64,000 nt of DNA from Anthoceros angustus (Eukaryota; Plantae; Anthocerotophyta). Position numbers and translations under genes: made by a program. Where the stretch lies: the NCBI GenBank assembly GCA_010909165.1, contig VJWM01000239.1, positions 1-64,000 of the forward strand, written 5' to 3'. Of the stretch, positions 1 through 13,682 are shown piece after piece (the first letter of the stretch is position 1; each line of letters opens with the position of its first letter). Under the pieces are notes generated by a model. It saw nothing but the letters and a program-made list of their open reading frames with translations. It was not told where the DNA came from and made no database searches.

Positions 1-922
1 AGTCCAATATATTGGTATTGAAAGCTTATTAATAAGCTAGAGAAGAATCTTTAATGGAGGACCTACTATCTCTGGGTAAACTCAATTAAAAGCTAGTAAT
101 CGTAAGGTGCTCAATTGAAGAGCTAATACATGTATATCTTCAAATATAGGTGATGCAATTATAATCTTTTCATACGTTGTTGAGATATGCTTTATACAAC
201 AAGTGTGGAACGAAACACATAAAGCTGACACGTAGCAAAATATATAGGACACAAAACATATAATATCTTGATGTTGAGATATACTTTACACCACAAGTGA
301 AGAACGAAACACATGAGCTAACGCATAGAACTTTTGAATACTAGGCCGCCAAACCTTTATAAAGGGCCATGAGCTAACTATAGTACAGGTGTTTCTTATG
401 AATTCTAGGCCGCTAAACCTTTATAAAGGGGCAGGAGCTAACTATAGTATTGTTCATTTTATGTTATTATTATGCTTAGAATACTACTATTACACTATGC
501 TCCAAATTTAGAATAGTAGCTACTTACAACAATTTAACTTTCTAATGCAATAATCTTCACTTGGGTCCAATTTTTCTTAATCTTACAACATAATGACCCT
601 CACTTGGAATGACATCCTTCCTAATCTATCTCTGAGTAAGCTACCATATCCGATCCAGCTCAATTAAAGAGCTATGATCTCCAAGTAGGCTCAATTAAGA
701 AGCTTATATTAAGCTCTCTCTTTAAGTATATGCAATGTAATCCTAATATTTTCATACGACTAGTACGTGTATGTTGCTGTCATTCATTATCTGACAATGA
801 CTTCATCTTTGTCTTCTCTCTAGTGTCCTGCTTCAACACGTTTTGCTCCAAGACATCTCCTGTTCGGAGGACTCCTCCTCCTCGGAGTGTGAACTCCTTC
901 TCTTCTTCTTCTTCTTTCTCCC

Positions 923-1549
923 CTAGGTAGATTTCTCCTTCCTTTGGTTCAAGGATTCCTTGTAGTTCTCGGCCGCTCTAACCGCCTTGCCCACATCCTT
1001 CTCGGCTAGCAGTAGGACGTGCTTAGCCATGGGTTTGGCTAATCCGGCCGCGAACCACCGTACCACCAGCATGGTGGTGTGAGTGGGATGCCTATCCCCG
1101 AGAACGTAGAACCGCTTGATGTACGAGCCTAACTTCTCCTTTTTACCCCTCTTCAAATTTTCCAGCTTCGATAAAACATACCTCTCCTGGTCGATCCCGC
1201 GGAATCGCTCCAGGAAGACATTCTTCGAAGCCTCAAATGAAACGGGTGGGGCGTTTTGCGGCGGTCGATACTTCCTTTGGTACCATTGCGAAGCCGTTCC
1301 CCAGAGAACCCCTTGGAAAAGCTGGATGAGTTGTGCATCCGACCCTTCCTTGTTGAAGTTAGCTCTTGACACGAAATCCTCTACAAACGTCTCCGCGTCC
1401 CTTTCCTTCTTTCCCCCGAATATGGAGTACGCCTGCTTAGTTGAGGTAGGAACCATTCTTGCCGTCATAAACGAGCTAGGCACTACTACTCCACCAACTT
1501 CAGTTGACGGCCTTTGCATTCCGTACTCTTCTTGGTCCGACAATTCCAC
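923..1549 (-). mobile_element. LTR-retrotransposon gag remnant (Retrotrans_gag-like)
   Basis: ORF with gag-like motifs (FGGKKERDAETFVEDF, LWGTASQWY, FEASKNVFLERF, LKRGKKEKLGSYIKRF); no intact pol follows; neighbouring AT-rich repeats at 1-720. Confidence 0.7.
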
Positions 1550-3338
1550 AATGCTCTCTCATCCTTAGCTGTTAGCACTCTCCCGTTGAACCTGCCGTCT
1601 CTCTCTCCTCGGCCGAGGGCATGGTAACGCCGTCCGCCCTCGATGCTTCGCTTGACCGTCAGTCACCACCATGCATTCAACTGTCTATCCTCTCTATATT
1701 TACAATATCCTGTTACGGAACGATCTCATTCAAGAACGGCGCCAAAATGTGGAACTACTTTCGACGGCCAGCATGCATCGATCCCGTGTCGTTATGGTAT
1801 GGGGTCCGTTCTGGACAATGATTTTGGCCATAGCTCTCACTCGTCGGTCCTTCCGGATCCGACATCAACCACCCATTTGAGTACCTATGGGCATCCATCC
1901 TCAAGTGTATTGCCTTAGAAGCCTCCGCCTTCCCTTCCCCTTCGCCTAGCACCACCCCTCCGATTTCCTCCGTTGGGTAATTGTATACCGCCCGGAGTGC
2001 CTCCACCGTCCAATGCTCGGAATCCTCCCTCAAGCTCTTAGAGCGGACGGCCTTGTTCACCACCGCCAATAGCTTCCGGGCATATTCCTGGACCAGCGTC
2101 ATGCTGTCGTAGGTCCAGATGGCCTGGAACACGTCTAGGTGCCACTCCCGCACAAGCTCGCCTGCTTCCTCTAGCCACGGCCCGAAGTCTGGGTTGCGCT
2201 TGGTGGTGATATTCTTCTCCACCAGTGTCCAAGGCACCAGAGACTCCGTTGCCTTCTTGGGTGCCATGCCGCTGCGCTGGTCGCCCCACTCGCAGAGTAG
2301 CTCTTGCGCCGCCGCGACTCCCATCGTCCTTAGCCCCACAGAGAAACAGTGCGCTGAGAAGGCCTGAGCCCTCGAAGTCGGAGCATTCGACTGCTGGGAG
2401 AGCAAAGCCAGAGAGCCGGGTGACGAAGCTCGAGAGACTGAGAGAATGGCCAAGACACTAAGTCTGGGGGTCTCCTTCTTCTCCTAGCTGCAGCGTGGCG
2501 GGCATAATCGTCACGTGGGAAGATGTCCTTTCGTGGCCAATAGCTCCCACCCCACGGCATCTAGTACCGCACTTTCACGCCCGCCGCCTTTTTGGGCGCC
2601 TGTCTCGGTCGTGACTCAAGGCCTCGCCTATAACGGCAAGTCTGTGGCCCTGGCCTCCCTGTCATATCGGCCCTATGCCACCTTCACGTGTCAACCTTCC
2701 ATAATTCGACCCACTCCTTCGAATTTGCCTTTCGTCTCCACAGACCTCCTCCTGACCTTGCTTGCGGTGAAGTTGCCGTTGCCCGCGTAGTTGGCCATAT
2801 AGGCCTTATTATCCACGCTTATCCTTTATTTTAACACACAAATCCTCACGAAAAAACAAACTCCTATAACCGACTAGAAGGAGGTCAAAGCAATCGTCCC
2901 TTGTCCACGCTATTGACTTTATAGTCACCTTGAAGAAGTGTGACTCTTGGGAAGTGAGATCACATATCTAGTCCGATATTCCTATAACTCTCGCTCTTGA
3001 AACCGCTACTCCTCAAGGTCAAGAATTGAGTGTTTGAGGTGCTACAAAATACATGACAACCGCCTGTGAATTCACGGAAAGCTTGCTCACCGCCACGTTG
3101 TACAGCAATATCATTAATGGAGTCTTGGGATGGACCAAATTATGGCCACCAGTCGTGACCAAGGTGGATGTTATCGTCAACTTTGCAACCAATACAAACT
3201 TCGATGCACGGTGACATTTCAAGTCCTCGCCACCATTCCAACTGTTGAAATCAAATCCTAACTTTGAGAGGTTGCTGTGAGAGATCTCGTGAAGATTGAA
3301 CCAATAACAACACTAACAAAGTTTGAGCACTTGGTTGC

Positions 3339-3730
3339 TGCTACCGCGCGGAGAGAGGCTTTCGGAAATTGGACAGTCTTTACTTGTTTCTTGTACATTA
3401 TGTAGACGGGCTTTTGGTCACGCCAAGAAGACCGCCCGAGTCCCGCTCTAGAACTACCTACTTGTTCTTGGTTTTCATAGGTTAGACGTTGGGTTTGTTG
3501 GTACCGTGTTAGTTGGGGTTTTTCTAGTTGGTTTAATCGGGGTTATTATATTTACGACAATGATCCTATTTATCAGCTATTTTCTATTTAATAATTATTA
3601 TCTTATAATTAGTATCTCTAAATAACTTGTATTTATATTCACTAATATAGGTACCTTCTAGGCGGTTCTTACCACTCGTCCGCTATGGTGGAAGTGGCTT
3701 CTGCCCCCTTTGGTAAGAGCGCTCGTTTCA
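3339..3730 (-). repeat. 3' LTR of the Gypsy element
   Basis: Direct repeat of 10569-10956; TG...CA ends; flanked on the internal side by the PPT. Confidence 0.85.
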
Positions 3731-6700
3731 TTCTCCCCACTAAGGGTGGCCCGGTCCTCCGGCTGTTGCCATTGTGCACGCAAATGAGGAAATTGTGAAG
3801 TCACCGGTTCCCACGCCGCGCGATCTCTCACCACTCCATGCCACTAAAAATCTGACGCACTGTCGTCTGAGTTGCCGTCCCGGCCGCAAAACGCTGAGGT
3901 TGGAGCATGGGAGGGACGGCAGTATGGTCATCTAAACATGGCTGGTCGGATCAAAGGGACCGTGAGGACGGAGGCGCGGGTCGGGTATGTTGACGGCGAT
4001 GCGCCAGGGTACGGTGGTGCCTCGTGTAACATGGCTGTAGGGAAAAGCGGATCCGAGTTGTGGGCGGTTGCGCTGGGCTCCGATGAATGGATTGCATTGG
4101 GCGCTTTGGGGTTGGCAGGAATGGTCAAGCACTACCGATCGGATTGGTGGCCGGGTCAGCTGTGACCAACCGGGAAAGGGCTTAATGGCATATGGGCGGA
4201 TGGAATAAGCTCGACGGCCGTGAGCGAGCTCGAGGCGATGGTGTGGGCTGCGAGTTAGCGGGCGTCAATGACGGGTTTCGAAGGACACATGGAATGTCTG
4301 CAGCTTCAATTGCCGCAGTCCAATCGATAGGCGACGGGTTGACTCGTCGTGACACGAATGGCCCCGCAAATGTAAGCCAACTTGGCACGCTTATGGATGA
4401 GTTCGTGGTACCGTGAGGTTTCACTCGCAACCACACCACCGTCCAATGTTGTAGCCGACCTCCCGACGCCGCTTTGTTGGCCGACTTGCGGGCTCGGTCT
4501 TGGGCAGCTTGCAATTTCTCCTTAGCCAACTTCACCTCATGCCAAATGTCTTCGCCACTTCAAATGCCACTTCTCATTGCTAGGCCATAAGCCGGGGTGG
4601 AGGAGTCTCCCATAGAGCAGCTTGAATGGTGTAACCCTGGCGCATGTTTGAATTGTAGGCATACTCGAGCACGGAAGGAGTTCCTCCCACCTTGTTTGCT
4701 TTTCATGTGTGAAGTGAAAGCATGTCCTCTAAAACTGGTTTTGCTTCTCGGTTTTGCCGTCGGATTACGGGTGATATCTTGTGACATGTTCTGCTTGATC
4801 CCTGTGGTTTCGATGAAGGCCCGCCAAAAATCCGGATGTGAACTTGGTATCTCGGTCGGACACAATATCCTCGGAGCCCGTGTAGCTGAAGATCTCGAAT
4901 AAATATCCTAACTTGGAGGTCGTGATAGTGGAGGTGGGGAATAAAATGGCGACCTTGGAGAACCTATCATCACCACCCGGATGCTATCCTTTCCAGGCAG
5001 TGCGTGGCAAATGTGTTATAAAATCCATGGAAATCGACACAGCGACGGGATTTGTAGAGGTAGGAGCAAACTGGTTGTTTCTCATGACTTGGCTTGGCTT
5101 GTTGAGGGTGACAAGAGCGCACCCACTCTATACAATCAACGCATACCTTCCCAATAAAAATGCTCCCGGACTTTGGCATAAGTTTTATCAATACCGGATG
5201 GCGGAAATAGGTGAATCATGCATATCATGCAAAATGGATTTCACCTCGTTGAGTCGTGAAGGGATGACCAATCTTCCTTCCATACATGTGCATCCCGAGG
5301 GAGTACTCGGTAAGTCTTTGTGGGAACTCCGCCATAGCATCTCGCTAGTAATTGCTTGTAGAGTCAGAGTAACGCTGGTCATGGGGAATCCCATCCCGCA
5401 CTAATCGGACTGCTTTGGGATCGGTGATCTGGTCTTGGGGCCGAGTGGTGACCAACTTCCGGGAAAGGGCTTAATGGCATATGGGCGGATGGAATAAGCT
5501 CGATCGGTATGAGCGAGCTCGAGATGGGCTGGGTGTGGGCTGCTGAGTTATGGGCGTCAATGACGGGTTTGAGGACACATGGAATGTCTGCGAGCTTCAA
5601 TTGCGGCGTGCGATAGGCGGCAGGGTTGACTCGTCGTGACACGAATGGCCACCGCATGCCAACAGCACGCTTATGGATGAGTTCGTACCATGAGGTTTCA
5701 CTCGCAACCACACCGGTGTCAATGTTGTAGCCGACCTCCCGACGCCGTTTGTTGGCCGACTTGAGGCTCGGTCTTGGGCAGCTTGCAATTTCTCCTTAGC
5801 CAACTTCACCTCATGCCAAATGTCTTCGCCACTTCTGCGCCACTTCTCGACGCTAGGCCATAAGCCGGGGTGGAGGAGTCTCCCATAGAGCGGCTTGAAT
5901 GGTGTAACCCTGGCGCATGTTTGAAGAATTGTAGGCATACTCGAGCACGGAAGGAGTTCCTCCCACCTTGTTTGCTTTTCATGTGTGAAGTGACGAGCAT
6001 GTCCTCTAAAACTGGTTTTGCTTCTCGTTTGCCGTCGGATTACGGGTGATATCTTGACATGTTCTGCTTGATCCCGGGGTTTCGATGAAGGCCCGCCAAA
6101 AATCCGGATGTGAACTTGGTATCTCGGTGGACACAATATCCTCGGGAGCCCGTGTAGCTGAAGATCTCCCAATAAATATCCTAACTTGGAGGCGTGATAG
6201 TGGAGGTGGGGAATAAAATGGCGTAGGAGAACCTATCATCACCACCCGGATGCTATCCTTTCCGAGCAGATGCGTGGCAAATGTGTTATAAAATCCATGG
6301 AAATCGACTGCGACCACGGATTTGTAGAGGTAGGAGCAAACACAGTTGTTTCTCATGACTTGGCTTGGCTTGTTGTGGATGACAGAGCGCACCCACTCTA
6401 TACAAGCGCATACCTTCCCAATAAAAATGCTCCGGACTTTGGCATAAGTTTTATCAATACCGGATGGCGGAAATAGGTGAATCATGCATATCATGCAAAA
6501 TGGATTTCACCTCGTGGAAGGGATGACCAATCTTCCTTCCGGTATACAGGCATCCACGAGGGAGTACTCGGTAAGTCTTTGTGGGAACTCCGCCATAGCA
6601 TCTGCTAGTAATTGCTTGTAGAAGTATGTGGGTCATGGGGAATCCCATCCGCACTAATGAATTTGGGATGGGTTGTCATAAGTGTGCAAGCACGCCTACT

Positions 6701-8491
6701 CAAGGCGTCGAACTACATTTGAAGGGCCGGACACATCGAATTTCAGTTGAAGTCGCCCAAATACTCGCCCATTGCTCGCATTGAGGTTGGTGAGAGAAGA
6801 AGTGCAAGGAATGGTGATCGATGACACACCACTTTCGACCTAATGTAATGCCGACTTTGAGAGCATGTGTAATAGCAAGCATTTCCTTATCGTGCATAGT
6901 TTAACTGCACCTGCAGCTTCCTTGACTCATATGCAATAGCTCGCCATGTGCGGACAGATCGCTCCCATAGCGAAATCCGGCGCATCGGTGTGGATTGTAT
7001 AGGGTGCATGGGGTCCGCCACGCAAGCACGGGCTGAGCTAAGAGCTTGCTTCAATCGCTCAAAAGCAAATCGCCGGCCCTAGGTGTAAGGACTTGCCATC
7101 AATTCCTAAGGGCATCTGTCAAGGGGACAGCAATATTGAAACCCTTAATGAACGCCGATAGAAACCATACCCAAAAATCCCGAGTTGGGCGATGTCTTGG
7201 GGTAATGGCGATCCATGACCGCCTTCACCTTGGAGTCCACTTGAATACCGATAATATGACCAAGGTATTCACACTCTTCTCTCATGAACACACACTTACT
7301 TCTCTTGGCCAAGAACTTGTTAGCCCGCAGCAGTCAAGCACCGTCCTAACCGGTGGTGGTGTGTTGTCAATCGTGTGTACACAAGGATATCGTCTAGAAA
7401 TACCTCAACTCCATGTCCCAGCAAGGGTCGTAAGATTTCTTGCATGAGACATTGGAAGGTGGCGGCGTTTATGGCGAAGGGCATCACCTTGAATTGAAAT
7501 GCCCATGCACAGTACGAAAAGGCTTTTGTGTTCATCTCCTTCTTTGATCCGGATCGATGGAAACCGGACACGAGATCTATCTTGGTGAATGACCTAGCCC
7601 CATGCGGTGGTCCAGATTTCATCTATCCTGGGCATCGGTAGACATTCTTGTTGCTCGGTTGAGACCCGGTGATCGATGCAGTCGCCACCCTCCATCGCCG
7701 CAACCAAGAGGCTGGAGCTCCAAAGGGTGACACGGAAGGTGTGACAAACCCCTTTTGCAAGAACTCATCAACTTGTTTTTATCTCTTCATTCTCGGCGGA
7801 TGTCACTGGGGCTGGATGTTAACCGCTTGTGGCTGGCGGGAGCTCGATGGAGTGGTCCACATGTCTTCTAGGAGGCGCTGTGGGCTCTGCAAACACGTCC
7901 TTGTATTCTGCGAGTAAATCCTTCATGGACCGTGGTAGCCGGTCCTCATGAGCTGTGTCTCTGCCCTAGATTAAGGGTACCTTCTAAGGCGACTTTTTCA
8001 GCTTTGCTATATCGAGAATCGCCATGGGCGGTTGCTTTATTGAAGAGGAGGCAGGTTGCTTGTCAGGGATGTATTGCTCTCCTTGCATGACATATGTGTG
8101 ATTGTCATGCAGGAGACGCAAAACATTGTCCGTCCAGTTGACTTCTAGCATGCTAGAATGACTTGCTAACCATGGCTTGCCTATGATCAGATCATGGCAA
8201 AGAGATGACATCACTGTCAACTTGAGGACCTCCTTGAAGCCACCCGGAAAGGTAAGCTCAGCCTCCACCTTCTTTCTTGGTTTCTTTTCACCTAGTGTCC
8301 ACCTTTGGAAACCGACCGGTTTCTGGATTGGCGGGCTGCTCTCTCCGTTGCCTTGGACACATAATGGTGGCTAGCCCAGTCAAGCAACCACATGGCGCGG
8401 ACTCGATAGGCCGATCTCTAACTTGATTGGGGACATGAGCAAGTTGACATGCAGCTGAACACAACTTGCATGCATGGCTGGAAATAGCGTA

Positions 8492-9079
8492 CTACGGTTC
8501 TCTAACCTCTGTGATGGAGATTGCCTTCCCACTCTTGGCAGGGGTCGCAGAGTTGCTATTCCTGGTAGACTTGCCTGTTTCCTTCAACCAGCTAATGAAG
8601 TCCTTACGGAAGGGACAGGACTTGGAGCCGTGATCAGTCGCTGTACAGGTGAAGCACTTTCTTGCCTTCTTGTACTCCTCCTGCTCCGCCTCGGTGAGAA
8701 TTTTGAACGTCGGTTTTTTCTCCGAAGCGTTGGCTGACTTGTTCCACTTAGGCTTGGAAGGTGCTGCAGAAGAGAGATGCTTGTATTTGTTCGTGCCATA
8801 GTTCATGGCGGCCTTCATCGCCTCCACCAGAGTTTCCGGGTTTGTCTGATTCACATCTGCTCTTAACTCAAACTTCAGCCCATCGATAAATTTTTCCACC
8901 TTCTGCTCCTCGTCCAGCCTGGGCATATCAAGTGTGAGTTGAAGGAATTTGTCACAGTACTCATGCACAGTCCCTTGTTGGTATATCTTCCTGAATTGCT
9001 GATACAAGTCTTTACGGTGGTTCCGCGAAGTGCTCAAGGAAAACTTGTCAAGGCGGCCAGAGTAAATTGGGGACTCCAT
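8492..9079 (-). pseudogene. gag fragment (capsid plus CCHC zinc knuckle) of the Gypsy element
   Basis: QQGTVHEYCDKF, EKFIDGLK, PETLVEAMKAA and CX2CX4HX4C motifs. Confidence 0.8.
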
Positions 9080-10568
9080 GCCCGATCAACTGCTTTTCCT
9101 CCGCCACCATCGATAGGCATACCCTTCCAAACACATCACGCAAATTGATCTTTGATGATCATCCTTGTCGAGCAGCAAGGTATTTGTCAAGTTTGTCTAA
9201 CCAATCATGTACGCTCTGAGCATCCTTTGTACTTCCATCAAATGGCACAGTCTTGATCTTGCGTTGTAGCTCCTTGTCGAGTTGGGGTTTGGGTTTGAAG
9301 TGATGTTCTTCTCTTCCTTGCTCCTCTCCACTCGACCTCCCTCAGGTGTTCCCGGTGCTCATACCTCATGAGCAGACGTCGCACCATGGCCAATTTCTTT
9401 GTTGTCCTTCTCGCCAGTTGGAGCTCCACAACAAGTTTCCTCGCTCCCCATCTTCAACACTCAACTCACGGTCGCTTGGATTGGTTGGTGAGTGTCTCTC
9501 CTTCTCCTTCCATCGATTCGTGAGTCAAAGGCCTCAATGTGGCAAGGGGTGTTGAGTGTTGTGTGCCATCGGCAACTTGGGTGGGCTGGAAGTTTCTTGG
9601 CGTGGTGGGGATGGACGCCTAGGGGTGATGGTGCTCCGGTGCTGGAGCACACCCGCCACCGCCTCTCCAAACGGGCTGGCCCTCCCCACTTGCATCTCAA
9701 GCTTGCCAATGGATTCCTCAACCTTCTCCAGCTGCTGGCCTTGGCACGAGAATGATGCCCGCAACTCCTCACAGGTGTGTTCAACCACTTGGGTTCTCCT
9801 TCCAAAAGCTGCAAAATCGCAACCTCGGTCAACTCTCCTTCCGGCTGATCTTGAGCTTCGGTGTTTGCAGGTTGTCGAGTTCCGCTGTGGCTGGTCCCAC
9901 CCCGTTTCCGGGGTCGCCCACGCCGAGTAATCAGTTCGTAGTTGTAATCGGTGGTGCAAGCTGCGAGCTCGCCTTCTGGAAATTCGGTTGCAAAGTCCTC
10001 TTGTTGGGCTTCCGCTCCTAGCTGGATGTGAAGCCTCCTCAAGAGTTCATGACGCCGCCTTTTGCCCTTCCGCCTCCACGGGCTCTTTTCCCAACGCATG
10101 GATGTCGGTGAGTCGCCCGCCCTCGGAATTGTTGGCTGTTGGCGCGCCCGGACGGACCCGGTCCCCAATCCCTTCAAGGGGTGATCCTCATCGCTTCCAC
10201 TAGAGATCATGCGATCCACCTCAAAAGGTCGGACATGATCACTCATTTTGCTTCGGATTACGTAATGATTCGTGTAATCACTCCTTGGAGTTGCCGCCGC
10301 CTTGTGTGGATTTCTCTCACCACACACCGCAGTACCTTCAACTACGCCGACGCGGTCAACAAGGTCAAGATTGTACTCGAGTTCACCACTGAATGGAATG
10401 ATTGCAGCTTTGATGACCTCAAATTCTAGAATCTTTCCTTGTTTGGTCCTTTCCGTTGCTCATGTGTGTCAAAGGGATTCTCACACATGTCCGCCGCGAT
10501 TTAGCCTAGCCGTTGATCGCCGATCTAAGATCCTTGATCCCGATGATGGATGAGGCTCGATACCAAGA

Positions 10569-10956
10569 TGCTACCGCGGAGAGAGGCTTTCGGAAATTGG
10601 ACAGTCTTTACTTGTTCCTTGTACATTATGTAGACGGGCTTTTGGTCAGGCCAAGAAGACCGCGTCTGAGTCCTGCTCTAGAACTACCTACTTGTTCTTG
10701 GTTTTTATAGGTTAGACGTTGGGTTTGTTGGTACCCGTGTTAGTTGGGGTTTTTTCTAGTTGGTTTAATCAGGGTTATTATATTTACGACAATGATCCTA
10801 TTTATCAGCTATTTTCTATTTAATAATTATTATCTTATAATTAGTATCTCTAAATAACTTGTATTTATATTCACTAAAATAGGTACCTTCTAGGCGGTTC
10901 TTACCACTTATGGCTGTAAGTGGTAACCCGTTCCGTCTTGGTAAGCGCTCGTTTGA
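10569..10956 (-). repeat. 5' LTR of the Gypsy element
   Basis: Direct repeat of 3339-3730; adjacent PBS at 10555-10565. Confidence 0.85.
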
Positions 10957-11872
10957 TTGCTCTCTTTAAACCGTATACTTTCTACCAAGGAAGATGAGGT
11001 ACAGCCGGTACGGTGGAGTCTCTCATGCTGATATACTAGCCTGCTTGTGTGTCAAATGTTTTTGTGGTAGTAATTAGTGCACTGGCAGATTTGGCAGCAG
11101 CAACAATTTGAACCTTCAAAATGAGCTATCTCCAAAGGAAGAAGCTAATTTTGAGCACTTTAGTGGGCGCAAAATTGACAGGTACCACTAATTATCCAAC
11201 ATTTATCTACCAGGACTGCGACAACATGTGATGAAAGGTAGCGGTAGGTTCACATAAGGTTGAAGTTACAAGATGATGGTTTTGCACTCTTATACCTCAC
11301 CGTCTCATTCCGGTTTAAAAGAGGGTGTGAAGTTAGAATAGATCTCCTTCGACTCTAGAGTTTATGGAAAAGATAATAATAATAATACAGTAATTAATCA
11401 AAAGTTAATTCATTACTAATTAAATAGTAGAATCTATTATAATCTCATATGTGTTTTTGTTATTCGATCATGTGATATCGAATGTGTAAATTAAAATATT
11501 AACTATATAAACTTTCATATTGCAGACCTTATATAGTTCTAATTATATATTATTGCAATCTCAAGATTATGTGAATAAAAGAAAAAATATAAGAATAAAA
11601 ATAATAATATACGCACAAAACATGGAGTATATGACCTTTTGTTATCGAGAAACTAATGTAATTCCAGCTATATATGTATTACAGTCTACTGAATAAAAAA
11701 GACAAGCTTATGAATTAAAAATCAAGTACATCAAATATTGTCATCGAGAGACCAGTGTATTTGCAACTATATGTGTGAACCAATACAACAGTTGCAACTA
11801 TATGTGTGTGCCAATACAATAGTTTAATTACTCTCTGGATTCTAGGTAGGTAATCATTTGTGGTGACCGAGA

Positions 11873-12113
11873 GCTGCATAGTTTCTTGTTGCACATGTCT
11901 TAATGACCTTGTTTCTTGTTGCACATGTCTTGATGACCTTGTTCTTGTTGCACATGTCTTGATGACCTTGTTTCTTGTTGCACATGTCTTGATGACCTTG
12001 TTTCTTGTTGCACATGTCTTGATGACCTTGTTTCTTGCACATGTCTTGATGACCTTGTTTCTTGCACATGTCTTGATGACCTTGTTTCTTGTTGCATGTC
12101 TTGATGACCTTGT
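11873..12113. repeat. Minisatellite, 27-30-bp unit (TGCACATGTCTTGATGACCTTGTTTCTTGT), ~8 copies
   Basis: Directly visible tandem repeat. Confidence 0.95.
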
Positions 12114-13682
12114 GTCGTTAGTTAGGATGTGAGAAAGTTTTGAATTTTAGAATTGTGTTATCTTTTCTTCGCAATTTTGAAGGAATGTAAGAGTTTTGTT
12201 CACAAGCGTGAGTTCTTTTCTCATGTGTTTGGAATTAGGTAGTTGATGAAGCCTATTTTAATATTATTTTATGATGTAGGACTGTGTGAATTCATTTTTC
12301 TTTTTCCATCATGGCACCCATTCCACGGAAATTGCGCAAGGACAAAGATAGAGCTTTCCCTAGTTTTAATTCACTAATCGAGGAATTGCCTATATTGGAG
12401 TTAGATGAAACTTGGGAAGGGTATCCATATGCGCCCAAACCATTTCCGGGCAAGGATGACAAATGGACAAGGATTGTTCAGGGTCCCAGAGCCATGTCCA
12501 GCACAAGTGGGTATTATGTTGCTGTGCCCGTTATAGCACCTAGGGCATTTCTTAAATCAGAAGAACATTCCCAGAAATTCTCTTGTTCAGACAAATTGAC
12601 GAAGTATGTGAGAGAGCATTATCCGGAGCTGAAAGAATATGCTCATGAGCTTGCTTGTTCCTTTCAATGGAAAATACCACGTATGAACAATCATCCGGGA
12701 CATGTGGTAACAAGTAAAACTTATGGCGTCCTTGCATCCTTCCGGGATGTGAGTCGCAAGAAGCGGTGACAAGTTCATGCTTTCCAAGAAGAGAGATGCC
12801 ACGACAATAAACTCGGTACTAATATTCTTGGATCCGCTATTGGAAACACTTGCAATTTTGTTGAAAATGGTGGGTCCGACGAGAGGCTTGAGGCTAGGCT
12901 TATCATGCAAAGTCAAATTAGTTCCATCACTCGAAAGAAAAAGCAATAAGTGATTCTTCTCGAAGAGGATAAAAGAACAAGATATCAACACCTCTCCTAA
13001 GAGGAGTAGAAGACATTTAGTCAACGCCTTCAACTCTTGGATTTTCTTCCGGTGGGACTAAAGCGGCAAGGGTTCTAAGTTGCAATCTCCCACACTAGAT
13101 CCCGTGGTTGAGCCAATTCCTTCCACTTCGCTAGTGAGATTTAAGTTCGAGGCGGTGTAGATGATTTTTCTCATTACCGTATTAGATCTTGTACTTAGCT
13201 CTTGTATGAACATCTTGTGGCAAATGGATATTTCATGTTTTATATGAATTTCAATCACTATAGTATACTATTTCACTCCATATGTTAGTTTTCTTGAACC
13301 ATAAATCACATATTAGTTTTTCCTCATAACTATATTTTGGAAGTAGAAGTATGTATACAACTCAATCCTCGACCCAACATTTATTAACACTTGAAGCCCA
13401 ATGTTTTATTGACACTTGAAGCCTAAAATGACGATCCATTGTAAAGTGTGATATGTTGTATGATAATTTGAAGTTTTTAGATCTTTTTACAGTAATTAAT
13501 TAATTAAACTAGGAGAGCGTATGTGTGAAATGTGATGTATCGCTTGGAACACCTAAGGTTCTTTTTTCGAGTAACCAGGTCCTAGGGCACTAAGAATCAT
13601 TTTTTCGAATAACCACGTCCTATGGCACTAACGCACTAACAATCGGCGGCCCCATACTCTACAGAGACGAAGGCATGGTATT

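Larger units (their letters stand above)
3339..10956 (-). mobile_element. Ty3/Gypsy (chromovirus-like) LTR retrotransposon, full length but frameshifted
   Basis: Two similar ~390-bp LTRs (3339-3730, 10569-10956; closest over the first ~335 bp); iMet-type PBS (minus strand TGGTATCGAGC, 10555-10565); polypurine tract next to 3731; TTGC on both flanks; minus-strand gag with CCHC knuckle (CFTCTATDHGSKSC), protease region, RT (FLDDILVY), RNase H (DKEMLAITHALK), integrase and a chromodomain-like FLVAWSG. Confidence 0.9.

Noticed and set aside
10960-11325. Possible MITE with weak inverted ends
   Set aside because: The inverted similarity is short and gapped, with no clear target-site duplication
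11854-12132. Repetitive short ORFs
   Set aside because: Products of the 27-30-bp minisatellite
12311-12769. 152-aa ATG-initiated ORF
   Set aside because: No recognisable domain and sits in AT-rich, repeat-flanked DNA; cannot be supported as a gene
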